A DNA stretch of 62,651 bases from a virus, in the IMG/VR virus record IMGVR_UViG_3300014202_000736. One strand, given 5' to 3'. Position numbers and translations under genes: made by a program. Each line of letters opens with the position of its first letter. Position 1 is the stretch's first letter. The notes below the pieces were generated by a model, which saw only the letters and a program-made list of their open reading frames with translations, did not search any database and had not been told where the DNA came from. Below, piece after piece: positions 44,970 to 54,923 of this stretch.

Positions 44970-45953
44970 ATGTCGCATGAACTGACCAAGCGTAGAGACG
45001 GCACGTACGAGCACGCCTTCGTCGGAGAAGTCGGCTGGCACGGGCTGGGCAACCAGCTCAAAGAAAATTCGAAGCTCGAGACCTGGCTGAAGGCTGCCGG
45101 CATGGACTGGGACATCAAGCGCTCGGCCATGATGTTCCAACCTGAGGACAACGGCCCTGTCGAAATCGACGGCCGCCAGATCCTCTATCGCGCTGACAAT
45201 CATCTTGCCCTCGGCGAGGTCAGCCAGCACTACAAGGTGGTGCAGCCCAAGGAAGTCCTCGAATTCTTTCGAGATCTCTGCGACAACAACGGCTTCGCTC
45301 TCAACACGGCGGGAACCTTGTTCGGAGGCAAGCGCTTCTGGGCTTTGGCCTCCATCGGCGAGACCGCGGTCGTGGTCGGCGAAGACCAGATCAAGGGCTA
45401 CTTGCTCTTGGCCACGAGCGCCGACGGTAGCCTCGCCACGACGGCTCAGTTCACCAGCATTCGAGTGGTGTGCAACAACACGCTGAGCTGGGCCCATTCT
45501 GAGGGCAAGAAGAAAAAGACCGGACGCGTCAGTGTCAGCCACCGCAGCCTCTTCAAGCCTGATGACGTCAAGGACGACCTCGGCATCGTGCGCGGCCAGT
45601 TCCGTGACTTCATGGTCGCCGCTCGTGCCCTGTCGAAGGTCAAGGCCTCTAAGCCTCTTGCGTCAGACTTCGTTTCGACGCTTCTGACTGACTCGAAGAC
45701 GATTGCGTCGGCTGAGCCGGCCAGCACGAAGGCCTTCAAACGGATCATGGAGCTCTTTGAGGGTCAGGGCAAAGGCGCTGACCTGAAGGGATCCAAGGAC
45801 ACGATGTGGGGCTTGGTCAACTCGGTCACCGAGTACGTCGACCATCACCAGAACGTCAAGTCGATCGAGCACCGGATGAACGACGCATTCTTCGGCCGCG
45901 GTGACCAGCTCAAGCGAATGGCGATGGACATGGCCATGGAGCAGGTCAAGTGA
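44970..45953 (+). CDS. DUF932 / TIGR03299-like phage-plasmid protein
   Basis: The N-terminal segment is YEHAFVGEVGWHGLGNQL. Size is about 327 aa. Confidence 0.7.
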   Translation: MSHELTKRRDGTYEHAFVGEVGWHGLGNQLKENSKLETWLKAAGMDWDIKRSAMMFQPEDNGPVEIDGRQILYRADNHLALGEVSQHYKVVQPKEVLEFFRDLCDNNGFALNTAGTLFGGKRFWALASIGETAVVVGEDQIKGYLLLATSADGSLATTAQFTSIRVVCNNTLSWAHSEGKKKKTGRVSVSHRSLFKPDDVKDDLGIVRGQFRDFMVAARALSKVKASKPLASDFVSTLLTDSKTIASAEPASTKAFKRIMELFEGQGKGADLKGSKDTMWGLVNSVTEYVDHHQNVKSIEHRMNDAFFGRGDQLKRMAMDMAMEQVK

Positions 45954-46132
45954 GCGTCTGGAAAGAGATCCGCTGCGACGGCCAAGATCCTAGGTCCGAC
46001 GACTGCAAAGACAACAACAATTTAGGTCCAAAGGGCTTTGAAAGCGCGTCTGAGCTAAAGGCCGAAGCCCGAAAAGAGGGCTGGCTGATTAAGGGCGACC
46101 AGGCTATTTGTCCAGCTTGTCGCAAACACTAA
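45950..46132 (+). CDS. Hypothetical small Cys-containing protein (60 aa)
   Basis: GTG start overlapping the upstream stop. CPAC lies at the C-terminus. Confidence 0.45.
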   Translation: MSVWKEIRCDGQDPRSDDCKDNNNLGPKGFESASELKAEARKEGWLIKGDQAICPACRKH

Positions 46133-46146
46133 CTTTTTTGTGTACA
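46129..46146 (+). promoter_or_regulatory. Degenerate conserved box CTAACTTTTTTGTGTACA
   Basis: It is followed by two GC hairpins (cccag/ctggg and ccccagg/cctgggg) and lies 99 nt upstream of ATG 46245. Confidence 0.4.
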
Positions 46147-46244
46147 ACCCCAGACCCGCTGGGTAGCATCCAAATCGAGGGAACTCCCCAGGTCAGCTTC
46201 GGCTGCCTGGGGATGCTCCCAAAACCTTTGCTGAAGGAGCCACC

Positions 46245-46646
46245 ATGGCTGAGAAAAAGAAGACCTACAAGTTCCCGAAGTCCATGGGCCTCTGTGCCGA
46301 CCAGCTCTACGCCACCCGCGAAAAGAGGCTCAAGGCCCAGAAAATCGTGGACGAGATCGACGCCGAGGAGAAGGCTCTTAAGGCCTTCATCATCGACAAC
46401 CTGCCGAGGAGTCAGCAGACTGGTGCCAGCGGCAAGGTGGCGAACGTCCGGATCGTCGACAAGGAGATCCCTCAGATCGCAGACCTCGATGCCTTCTACA
46501 CCTATCTCCGCCGGACCAAGCGGAACGATTTGCTGCAGAAGCGCCTGAACGAAGGCGCCGTGCTCGAGATCATCGACAGCGGCAAGACCGTGCCGGGCAT
46601 CAACATGTTCAACGTCAAAACGGTCTCGTTGACGAAAGCGAAATAA
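46245..46646 (+). CDS. Hypothetical protein (133 aa), in the replication/recombination module
   Basis: ORF preceded by tgctgaaggagccacc. Confidence 0.5.
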   Translation: MAEKKKTYKFPKSMGLCADQLYATREKRLKAQKIVDEIDAEEKALKAFIIDNLPRSQQTGASGKVANVRIVDKEIPQIADLDAFYTYLRRTKRNDLLQKRLNEGAVLEIIDSGKTVPGINMFNVKTVSLTKAK

Positions 46647-46882
46647 TGTCCGCTCTGGACCTAAGACGAGATCACGAAATGATAGGTCCGGTAGATGATC
46701 GAGGCCATTCGTGGGCTCTTCAAGACGGCAAGATCTTCGGTTGGTCGGAAAGCAACGTCCAATTTGAAGAGGCCTGGTGGCTGAATTCTGATGGTTCCCC
46801 CAAGGATCCTCAGACCCCTCTCATGGTGTCCCTGAACCGGACACGACCGTTCGACCCTTCATGGATGAGGAAAGGAACCTAG
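46646..46882 (+). CDS. Hypothetical protein (78 aa)
   Basis: ORF with a TAATG overlap. Confidence 0.45.
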   Translation: MSALDLRRDHEMIGPVDDRGHSWALQDGKIFGWSESNVQFEEAWWLNSDGSPKDPQTPLMVSLNRTRPFDPSWMRKGT

Positions 46883-46885
46883 AAT

Positions 46886-47875
46886 ATGGCGCAAGCTCCA
46901 CGTAAGACCGCAGGCCGTCGCACGCGAAACGAAGAGCCCGAGGAAAAGCCAACTGGCCGAACCAGAACCCGCGGCGGCCGAGATCTCGAGCCGGCCAAAG
47001 GCCGAGCAGTCGGTGACCTCGCCAAGCAGATGGAGCAGCAGGCTGAGGCCGCGGCCAACATGGAGCGTGGAGCTCCGATGGGTCGGAACTTCAGCTTCAA
47101 AGGCGGCCAGATGGTTTTCGACGGCGCGCCTGTTCGTGACAACGAGGTCGTCGTCATCATTGCCGGCGCCGTGATCGAGAAGGCATTTTACGAAGGTGAT
47201 TACGATCCTGATCAGCCTGAAGCCCCAGTGTGCTTCGCCTTCAACACGGATCCGGACGAGCTTGCTCCGAACCCGGACGACGTCGCTTCTCTGCAGAACG
47301 ATGTGTGCGCCACGTGCGAATGGAACAAGTTTGGCTCGGCCGACCGCGGCAAAGGCAAGGCTTGCAAGGACGTTCGGCGCCTTGCTCTCATTCCTGCCGG
47401 CACGATCGACAAGAAGGGCGAGATCCAGCTGGTTGAAGATCCGAAGGAGATCGAGAAGGCTGAGTTTGGCTTTGCCAAGCTTCCGCCGACCAGCCTCACT
47501 CCCTTCGCTGCATTTGTGCGTCAGGTTGCCGGCACGATGAAAAGGCCGCCTCACGGCATCTATGCAATCATGCGCTGTGAACCCGACCCGAAGAACCAGT
47601 TCGTCATTGCCTGGGAGCCGATCGACGTCGTCGAGAACAACTGCCTGCCAGCTGTGATGGCTCGCCACGAGGAGGCCATGAAGGCGCTGGTCCAGCCGTA
47701 CACCTATCCGACCGACGAAGAGCGGGCAGACCGCGCGAAGGACAAGAAGGGTGGACGGAAACCAGCGGCCAAGGGTTCTCGCGCTCAGGCGAAGCCTGAC
47801 AAGGCCTCAGGCACACGAACCACGAACCGGTCGACCAACCGGACCACCGGCGGCGCGCGAGCCCGCAAGTACTAA
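46886..47875 (+). CDS. Hypothetical protein with basic termini and a CxxC motif (possible DNA-binding or recombination protein)
   Basis: The motif is CATCEWNKFGSADRGKGKACKDVRRL. I cannot recall the family with confidence. Confidence 0.5.
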   Translation: MAQAPRKTAGRRTRNEEPEEKPTGRTRTRGGRDLEPAKGRAVGDLAKQMEQQAEAAANMERGAPMGRNFSFKGGQMVFDGAPVRDNEVVVIIAGAVIEKAFYEGDYDPDQPEAPVCFAFNTDPDELAPNPDDVASLQNDVCATCEWNKFGSADRGKGKACKDVRRLALIPAGTIDKKGEIQLVEDPKEIEKAEFGFAKLPPTSLTPFAAFVRQVAGTMKRPPHGIYAIMRCEPDPKNQFVIAWEPIDVVENNCLPAVMARHEEAMKALVQPYTYPTDEERADRAKDKKGGRKPAAKGSRAQAKPDKASGTRTTNRSTNRTTGGARARKY

Positions 47876-47884
47876 GGACAAACC

Positions 47885-48118
47885 ATGGCCCGACAACTCG
47901 CTGCAAAGACGGACCCGCTGGAGTCCTGGCACGCTCTTCAGAAGCACATCCACAACCTGTCCGAGACTCAACTCACGGATCTGATTGAGGATGAGCTCAA
48001 GGGCAAGGCTCGTCGCAACCTCGTGATGCGAATGTTCATGAAGCAGAACAAGCTCCGCTATCGGCGCGAGCGTGAGACGCTGGAGAACAGAGTCAAGGCC
48101 GCCTCGAAAAAGAGGTAG
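47885..48118 (+). CDS. Hypothetical basic protein (77 aa)
   Basis: ORF. Confidence 0.5.
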   Translation: MARQLAAKTDPLESWHALQKHIHNLSETQLTDLIEDELKGKARRNLVMRMFMKQNKLRYRRERETLENRVKAASKKR

Positions 48119-48120
48119 CT

Positions 48121-50097
48121 GTGCGCCAACCTAAGCCTGTCACGATCGACTTCGAGACCAAAGGCATCGAGCTCCGGCCAGACTACCCGCCGGAGCCTGT
48201 TGGTGTCTCGATCAAGAAGCCCGGCCAGAGACCCCGATACTACGGTTGGGGGCATCTGGCCGGAGGCAACAACTCATCCAAAGACGAGGCTGTCAAAGCC
48301 CTCCGCAAGGTGTGGGACCATCCCGACGGCTTGCTTTTCCACCATGCCAAGTTCGACCTCGACGTGGCCGAGTGTCGGCTAGGCCTTCCGATGCCGCCAC
48401 CGGACCGGGTTCACGACACCTTGTTTCTCCTGTACCTGGAGGATCCTCGTCTCCACAGCTTTAGCCTGAAGCCATGCTCTGAGACCTTTCTCGACATGCC
48501 GCCTGAGGAGCAGGATCTTCTTAAGGCGTGGATCCTCGACAAGAAGAACAAGGCCTGGATCGAGAGCCACCTCGGCCTCGACGCTGAAGGCAAGCAGATC
48601 ACTGTCAAACCGTCCAATTGGGGCGCCTACATCTGGTTCGCACCAGGCGAGGTGGTTGGACCATACGCGAACGGCGACGTGGTTCGGACTGAGGGCTTGT
48701 TCAACTTGCTGTGGCAGAGCATCCAGAAACGAGGCATGCTTGACGCCTACATGCGTGAGCGTCGTCTCATGCCCCACCTGCTTCGGTCGGAGCGTGAAGG
48801 CACCAGGGTCAACAAGGCTAGGCTTCGCAAGGACATCAACGCCTACGAAGATCTTCTTGTCCGCATCGACGACCGCATCAGAAAGAAGTGCAAGCGCGAC
48901 ATCAACGTCGACTCGCCTGCGGAGTTGGCCAACGCTCTCGTGGAGGCTGGTCTAGCTGACGATGGGCTGATGGGCTACACCAAGACCGGCAAGCTTAGCA
49001 CGAACAAGGCGGCCATCAAGGAGGGCGTGACAGACAAGGAGATTAGAGGCCTGCTACTTTATCGTGGGCCTCTGACCACATGCCTCGGCACTTTCATGAG
49101 GCCGTGGCTCCACACCGCTGAACGTTCCGATGGTCTTCTGTTCACGAACTGGAACCAGACCAAGAGCGGAGACGGCAAGAACAAGGTCGGCACCTCGACT
49201 GGTCGACTGTCCTCCACGCCCAACTTTCAGAATGTGCCGAAGGAATTCCCGCCTCTTGACAAGCTGATGCAGATCACGCCGGCGCAGTTGAAGACCTTGT
49301 GTGATCGACTGAGGATCCCGAAGCTCGAGCTTCTGCCACTGTGCCGAAGCTACATCGTGCCGTACGACAAGGGCCATGTGCTGATTGACCGAGACTACTC
49401 ACAGCAGGAGCTCAGGATCCTGGGCCACTACGAGGACGACGTTCTTTTTCAGGCCTATCTCAAGGACACGTGGCTCGACATGCACGAGTTCGCTCGTCAG
49501 CTCATCAAGAAGATCACCGGTACCCTGTACGATCGGAAGCCGGTCAAGAACACGAACTTTGGCATCATCTACGGGCAAGGGGCTCCGAGCCTGGCAGTCC
49601 GCAACGAAATTCCGGTGCACGAGTCTCGCCAGATCATCGACGGCATCCTCGCAGCTTTCCCTGGTGTGCAGGACCTGATTGACGACATGAAGGAGCGTGC
49701 TCGCAACGACGAGCCCATCCGAACATGGGGAGGCCGAGAGTACTTTTGCGAGCCGCCGATGTTCGTCGAGAAGTTTCAGCGTGTCATGAGCTTCGACTAC
49801 AAGCTATTGAACCTGCTCATCCAGGGGTCGGCAGCGGATTGCACGAAGGAAGCCATCATCCGGTGGTGCGAGGCCAAGCCGAACGACGACAAGTTCTTGA
49901 TGACCGTGCACGACGAAACCTTAGGCTCCACGCCGAAGGGTCGGATGCACGAGGCGATGACACTGATGCGTGAGAGCATGGAGAGCGTAGAGTTTGACAT
50001 TCCGATCTTGACCGAGGGCACGTGGTCGAACACCGACTGGGCCCACATGAAGGACTACGACAAAGAAGGGAAGATGATCGGTGGCCGTGCGAGATAG
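48121..50097 (+). CDS. Family-A DNA polymerase with a 3'-5' exonuclease domain
   Basis: ExoI is TIDFET. Motif A is LIDRDYSQQELRIL, motif B is RKPVKNTNFGIIYGQG and motif C is LMTVHDET. Confidence 0.9.
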   Translation: MRQPKPVTIDFETKGIELRPDYPPEPVGVSIKKPGQRPRYYGWGHLAGGNNSSKDEAVKALRKVWDHPDGLLFHHAKFDLDVAECRLGLPMPPPDRVHDTLFLLYLEDPRLHSFSLKPCSETFLDMPPEEQDLLKAWILDKKNKAWIESHLGLDAEGKQITVKPSNWGAYIWFAPGEVVGPYANGDVVRTEGLFNLLWQSIQKRGMLDAYMRERRLMPHLLRSEREGTRVNKARLRKDINAYEDLLVRIDDRIRKKCKRDINVDSPAELANALVEAGLADDGLMGYTKTGKLSTNKAAIKEGVTDKEIRGLLLYRGPLTTCLGTFMRPWLHTAERSDGLLFTNWNQTKSGDGKNKVGTSTGRLSSTPNFQNVPKEFPPLDKLMQITPAQLKTLCDRLRIPKLELLPLCRSYIVPYDKGHVLIDRDYSQQELRILGHYEDDVLFQAYLKDTWLDMHEFARQLIKKITGTLYDRKPVKNTNFGIIYGQGAPSLAVRNEIPVHESRQIIDGILAAFPGVQDLIDDMKERARNDEPIRTWGGREYFCEPPMFVEKFQRVMSFDYKLLNLLIQGSAADCTKEAIIRWCEAKPNDDKFLMTVHDETLGSTPKGRMHEAMTLMRESMESVEFDIPILTEGTWSNTDWAHMKDYDKEGKMIGGRAR

Positions 50098-50213
50098 CCT
50101 CAGCAAGCAAATTGAAAGGCTGGCGAAAGAACAGCTCAGTGAGCTAGTGAAAAAGACGCCGATCACAAGGCGTCTACCTAATCGTCCACTTGGCATAGAG
50201 AAAGGGTAAGTCG

Positions 50214-50513
50214 ATGAAGGGTAGCGAAGACGATGTGAAAGGTCTCTTGGTCCTCTCCGATCGCGGCCCTGTTATTCCTGACAGCGATCGTCACGCCATC
50301 ATGATCTTTGGAGTGGTCGGTGCCTCAAAGGCCGTGGCCCAAACCTTCTCTGACGAAAAGCACTGGACTCAACGTCTCGTGACAGGAAGAGCCGTGATGG
50401 ATGAATTCCTGTCGCTATCAATCGAGAGAGACGTGGTTGAAAATCTCAGCGAAAATGGTTTCGCTGGTCACCGTGTTGACCAGCTCCTTTGTTCGCGGAT
50501 ATGGAGAACCTGA
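50214..50513 (+). CDS. Hypothetical protein (99 aa)
   Basis: ORF. Confidence 0.45.
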   Translation: MKGSEDDVKGLLVLSDRGPVIPDSDRHAIMIFGVVGASKAVAQTFSDEKHWTQRLVTGRAVMDEFLSLSIERDVVENLSENGFAGHRVDQLLCSRIWRT

Positions 50514-51208
50514 TGGCGGGCATAGTTAGGCAAATCACGCAGTGGAGCCTGTCACGTCTGCAGACGTACGAGCAGTGCCCGTTCAAAGCGAAGTGTGCGT
50601 ACATCGACAAGATCCCCTATGTACGTGGCCCTGCCCAGATCCGAGGCGACGAGATCCACAAGGAGGCGGAGGCCTTCCTGATTGGCAAGAAACGGAAGCT
50701 GCCACCGTCACTCAAAAACTACGAAGAGGACTTCCTCCGATGTCGAGCAGCGGCCAAGGATCCTGAGGCTGAGCTCTTCGTCGAGCAACAGTGGGGCTTC
50801 AGGGTGGACTGGTCACCAACCACCTGGTTCGGCAAGGACGTCTGGGGTAGGATGATTGCCGACATGGTTATCGTCCACGGCGGCCACGTCAAGATCGAGG
50901 ACCACAAGACCGGCAAGGCCTATCCTGACAAGCACGCTGAGCAGCTCGAGATCAACGCCATCGTCGGCCTCCATCGTTTTCCAGAGGCCCAGACGGCGAG
51001 CGGCCACATCTGGTACCTCGACATTCCGAAGGTGGAGCAGCCTGAGCTGACGCTCGAATTCAGCCGGTCAGACCTGCCGAAGCTTGAGAAGAAGTACGTC
51101 AACCGAGTCAGGCCGATGTTGGCTGACAAGAAGTTTGCCCCTCGGCCTGGTTGGTATTGCAAATGGTGCGACTACGCCAAAGCGAAAGGTGGACCATGTC
51201 GGTATTGA
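50513..51208 (+). CDS. PD-(D/E)XK nuclease, Cas4/RecB-like with a 4-Cys cluster
   Basis: There is an N-terminal Cys (YEQCPFK), the motif D...IEDHKTGK, HAEQLEINAIV, and C-terminal CKWCDYAKAKGGPC. The start could be ATG 50501 or 50513. Confidence 0.75.
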   Translation: MAGIVRQITQWSLSRLQTYEQCPFKAKCAYIDKIPYVRGPAQIRGDEIHKEAEAFLIGKKRKLPPSLKNYEEDFLRCRAAAKDPEAELFVEQQWGFRVDWSPTTWFGKDVWGRMIADMVIVHGGHVKIEDHKTGKAYPDKHAEQLEINAIVGLHRFPEAQTASGHIWYLDIPKVEQPELTLEFSRSDLPKLEKKYVNRVRPMLADKKFAPRPGWYCKWCDYAKAKGGPCRY

Positions 51209-51429
51209 TGCCTCAGGTCGGCGAGGTCTGGAAATACAACGGCAACAACCGAGACCGGTTCGGCGTCGAGTACAGGATCTTGGAGTTGCTGCCTGCGATG
51301 AAAGAACCCAACTGGGACTGGAAGCCCGGGGTGAAGTACGCACCCCTAGATCCAGTCGCCACAGCGCCGGAGAACTTCGTTCGGTTCACCCATGACTTCG
51401 TAAATTGCTTCAAATATGTCAGGGGATAG
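51196..51429 (+). CDS. Hypothetical protein (77 aa)
   Basis: ORF trimmed to MSVLMPQ. Confidence 0.45.
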   Translation: MSVLMPQVGEVWKYNGNNRDRFGVEYRILELLPAMKEPNWDWKPGVKYAPLDPVATAPENFVRFTHDFVNCFKYVRG

Positions 51430-51853
51430 GGTCCGCATCCGCGGGACGTTAGAGAAAGTAGACGAGTCATGGGTTTGCGAGCAGGCTTTAGAGAGATACG
51501 GCGTGGAGAATATCAAGGTTGGCCACTCAGGCTGGCCCGACAGGTTATATCTAATACCAGGCGGCAGGCCTTTGTGGATCGAACACAAACGAGCTGGCGA
51601 GAAGGCGATGAGGCGTCAGCAATTCAGGATCCAACGACTCAAGGAAATGGGCTACGACGCGGAGCTGGTCGATGACCGAGAAGAAGCGCTACGTCAAATC
51701 GGCCGAGCCGTGGAAGCCGCACAAGTTCCAAGGAAAGGCCGTTCAACGCCTCATGGACAACGCGACGCAGATGCTCCTCGCCAGTCCAGGCGCGGGCAAA
51801 ACGTCGGTTTCCCTGGACGCCTTCCGTCGCCTCCAAGACCGAGGCGTCGCTAA
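51416..51853 (+). CDS. VRR-NUC domain nuclease
   Basis: The motif is GWPDRLYLIPGGRPLWIEHKRAGEKAMRRQQFRIQRLKEMGY. The C-terminal 60 aa form an Arg/Pro-rich read-through that overlaps the SNF2 gene. Confidence 0.7.
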   Translation: MSGDRVRIRGTLEKVDESWVCEQALERYGVENIKVGHSGWPDRLYLIPGGRPLWIEHKRAGEKAMRRQQFRIQRLKEMGYDAELVDDREEALRQIGRAVEAAQVPRKGRSTPHGQRDADAPRQSRRGQNVGFPGRLPSPPRPRRR

Positions 51854-53210
51854 GCGGGCACTCATCATTCCGCCTCTCCGTCCAGCGTATCTGGTCTGGC
51901 CCGCCGAGGTGGACAAGTGGAAGCAGTTCGAGCATCTGACGTACACCGTTCTCCACGGCAACGATAAGGAGGACCGTCTACTCGACGACGTTGACCTCTA
52001 CATCATGAACTGGGAAGGCCTGGACTGGCTTCTCGGCGCTGAGTCGTTCACCACCAAGACGGGTCGCAAGGGGGTGGAGCTTGATCTCAAGCGCCTGAAG
52101 GATCTCGAATGCGACACGCTCATCTTCGACGAGCTGACCAAGGCCAAGAACCACCAGTCCATTCGGTTTCAGATGCTCAAGCAGATTGTCCCGCTCTTTG
52201 CCCGAAGGTGGGGGTTGACTGGTTCGCCGGCTGCCAACGGCCTGATGGGTCTGTTTGGTCAGACGTACGTCATCGACGAGGGACGAACCTTCGGCCCCTA
52301 CATCTCGCCGTTTCGAAGCAAATACTTCTTCCAGCACCCGTACATGAAATTCCGCTGGGACATCAAGACCGAGAAGGACCACGGGTTCGATGGCGAGCAG
52401 GCCATCTTCGACGCTCTGAAGCCTCTCGCGATGCGGGTGGACGCAGCGGACCACATCAAGATGCCGAAGCCGGTGCCACTTCGCGTGGACGTGGAGCTGC
52501 CGAAAAAGGTTCGCGAGGTCTACGACATGATGGAGGAGGATCTCTTCGCCCTCGTGTCGACTGGCAAGAAGGACCAGGTGCTGCCGTCTACTGCCGCCAA
52601 CTCAGGAGTGGCGTTAGGAAAATGCCGTCAGATTGCCTCAGGTGCGTTGTACACCGACCGAGGTGAGATGTTCAAAGGCTTCAAGACGATCGCCGGCACC
52701 AGGCCATACATCGACCTGCACAACGAAAAGCTCGACGCTCTCGAGGAACGGCTTGAGGAGCTTCAGGGCCAGCCATACTTGCTCGGCTACGAATATCAGC
52801 ACACGCTCGACCGGATCCTGAAGCGCTTCGGCAAGCGGGTGACCGTGTTCGGTGGTTCCGGAGACATGCGAGCCGAGAAGAAGATCGAGGACGCGTGGAA
52901 CGCTGGCGACATTGAGCTGCTCGTGGGCCACCCGCAGTCGATCGGCCACGGCTTGAACCTCCAAGGCTCGAGCCAGAACGTTGGCTTCATCGACCCCATC
53001 TGGGACTACGAGCTCTACGACCAGTTCTATCGTCGTGTGCTTCGTCAAGGCAATCGCCATGAGTACGTGTACATCGACCACTACGTCGCCCTGGACACGG
53101 TCGACGAAGTCATCTACCAGGTGTCCGCACTTGAGGGGTCGAAGGCCAAGCAGCAGACCAGGTTCTTCGACGCACTCATGGGAAGAAAAAAGTCAAAGGA
53201 CCGAAAATAA
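51672..53210 (+). CDS. SNF2/DEAD-like helicase
   Basis: The motifs are PHKFQGKAV, LASPGAGKT, LIFDELTKAKN, LLVGHPQSIGHGLNLQ and YRRVLRQGN. Confidence 0.85.
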   Translation: MTEKKRYVKSAEPWKPHKFQGKAVQRLMDNATQMLLASPGAGKTSVSLDAFRRLQDRGVAKRALIIPPLRPAYLVWPAEVDKWKQFEHLTYTVLHGNDKEDRLLDDVDLYIMNWEGLDWLLGAESFTTKTGRKGVELDLKRLKDLECDTLIFDELTKAKNHQSIRFQMLKQIVPLFARRWGLTGSPAANGLMGLFGQTYVIDEGRTFGPYISPFRSKYFFQHPYMKFRWDIKTEKDHGFDGEQAIFDALKPLAMRVDAADHIKMPKPVPLRVDVELPKKVREVYDMMEEDLFALVSTGKKDQVLPSTAANSGVALGKCRQIASGALYTDRGEMFKGFKTIAGTRPYIDLHNEKLDALEERLEELQGQPYLLGYEYQHTLDRILKRFGKRVTVFGGSGDMRAEKKIEDAWNAGDIELLVGHPQSIGHGLNLQGSSQNVGFIDPIWDYELYDQFYRRVLRQGNRHEYVYIDHYVALDTVDEVIYQVSALEGSKAKQQTRFFDALMGRKKSKDRK

Positions 53211-53218
53211 CTGTGTAC
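53202..53218 (+). promoter_or_regulatory. Conserved box CGAAAATAACTGTGTAC
   Basis: It spans the SNF2 stop codon and is followed by the hairpin gagcctc/gaggctc. It lies 54 nt upstream of ATG 53272. Confidence 0.45.
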
Positions 53219-53271
53219 TCTAGGTGAGCCTCGCAATAGGGTGAGGCTCTCGTGCTGAAGGAGAATGACCA

Positions 53272-54180
53272 ATGACAACCGAAATTCGTCCGTGCCAGCA
53301 GATTGGCGTCAAGCGCATTTGCTTCCTGGTGGACCTCGACAAGACCAGGGCCAAGATCCTGGACAACTTCGTCTGGGCCGTCGCCACCAAAGAGATCCCG
53401 ATCAAGGTCTGGAAGAAGGAGTGGAAGACGCTCCAGCTGCCTGAGGACAAGGTCGCGAAGATCCTCGACGGCCTAGCTGCCTACGCCATCTACGCTGGCA
53501 TGACGCCTGACGCAGGCGAGTACCTGCCGAACATGGTGCCGATGTCACAGCCGGCCCGGACCGTGGCCCTCAGCAAGGGCAAGGAGCTGCTCGAGCGCTA
53601 CAAGACCCAGGCCGAAATCGAAGAGGCGGCTGAAAAAGCCGGCAAGCCTCTGACCGGCGCCGCTCTGATGAGCGTCGTCAAGCGCGAGCTAGCCAAGGTC
53701 AGCGCCGAGGATGGGCTTCGGGGCCTGGACACACCTCCGGAGCAGCTCTCCGAACCAGGCACCGGCAACACGGCGACTGAGGACGGAGAGGTCACGCAGG
53801 ACAAGCCAGCTGGCCGAGTCGCTCGCCGAACCGAGACCAAGAAGGCGAAGCAGATTAAGACGCTCGCCGCCGAGGTCACGAAGGATCTGACCGAAGCTGA
53901 GCAGGCCGGCGAAAACCCGGCGAAGATCATGAAGAGCCGACCTCCAGTCGAACGGTCGAAGGGTTTTGACCCGGCCAAGCTCAAAGGCTCCGACGGCGAA
54001 TATAAGTCCGTCTCGGCCATGTTCAAGGGCCTCGTCCTCGAGAACGTCGGTAAGAAAAAGCCGTTGACCGACGACCAGATCTTCGAGAAGGTCAAGGCCA
54101 AGTTTGGCATCGACGAGTCAAAGCGCGGCTACGTCCAATGGAACCGCAATTGGCTGAAGAAGGAAGGAGTCATCGCATGA
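53272..54180 (+). CDS. Hypothetical protein (302 aa) with a charged central linker
   Basis: ORF preceded by gctgaaggagaatgacca. Confidence 0.5.
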   Translation: MTTEIRPCQQIGVKRICFLVDLDKTRAKILDNFVWAVATKEIPIKVWKKEWKTLQLPEDKVAKILDGLAAYAIYAGMTPDAGEYLPNMVPMSQPARTVALSKGKELLERYKTQAEIEEAAEKAGKPLTGAALMSVVKRELAKVSAEDGLRGLDTPPEQLSEPGTGNTATEDGEVTQDKPAGRVARRTETKKAKQIKTLAAEVTKDLTEAEQAGENPAKIMKSRPPVERSKGFDPAKLKGSDGEYKSVSAMFKGLVLENVGKKKPLTDDQIFEKVKAKFGIDESKRGYVQWNRNWLKKEGVIA

Positions 54181-54923
54181 GCAAGAGCATCATCGACCAA
54201 CAGGAGGTCGTTGTCGAGTCGGCCGATGGCAAGACCATCACTTATCGTTTCCAGCTCGAACGAGCAGACGACGTATTTACGATGTTGGTCTCAGCCGCCG
54301 ACTCCACTGGCAACTCTATTCGCCTTCGTGATGGTGACCACTACGTCGGCATGGTCCTGATGGCTCAGGCCAACATGATCGAGCAAGGGCTCCATATCAA
54401 GGAGCACGGGCCCGACGTGATGGAGGACATCGTCAAGTTCCATCAGAAGTTCAGCCTCGAATATCACGGCAAGCCGAGGATGCTCGAACCCGAGCTCTTC
54501 GACTTCCGCAGCCGCTTCCTCGAGGAGGAGCTGACCGAGTGGCGAGAGGAACAGGTCGGCCTGATCGAGGCGTTGACCTCGGACGACGGCAAGCCTGACC
54601 ATCGGCGCGTGGCCCTCGGTCTGCATCAACAGCTCGACGCGCTGGTCGACCTCGTCTACGTCGCCGTCGGCACGGCCTATCTCCAGTTCGGCCGCAAGAT
54701 TTTCAACGAGGCGTGGCGCAGGGTCCAGGCTGCCAACATGAGCAAGATCCGGGCCGAGAACGCCGGCCTGTCGAAGCGTGGCTCAGCGTTCGACGTTGTC
54801 AAGCCCGAAGGCTGGCAGGCGCCGGACCATCACGACCTCGTGAAGGACCACGCCCACATTCCGTTCCGGCAAAGCGGAGAGCTGAACCCAGGCCACGAAA
54901 AAGACACCCAGGTGATCGCATGA
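54177..54923 (+). CDS. MazG-like all-alpha NTP pyrophosphohydrolase with an extra N-terminal domain of about 85 aa
   Basis: The motifs are FHQKF...RFLEEELTEW...DALVDLVYVAVGTAY...EAWRRVQAANMSK. The start has an ATGA overlap. Confidence 0.7.
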   Translation: MSKSIIDQQEVVVESADGKTITYRFQLERADDVFTMLVSAADSTGNSIRLRDGDHYVGMVLMAQANMIEQGLHIKEHGPDVMEDIVKFHQKFSLEYHGKPRMLEPELFDFRSRFLEEELTEWREEQVGLIEALTSDDGKPDHRRVALGLHQQLDALVDLVYVAVGTAYLQFGRKIFNEAWRRVQAANMSKIRAENAGLSKRGSAFDVVKPEGWQAPDHHDLVKDHAHIPFRQSGELNPGHEKDTQVIA

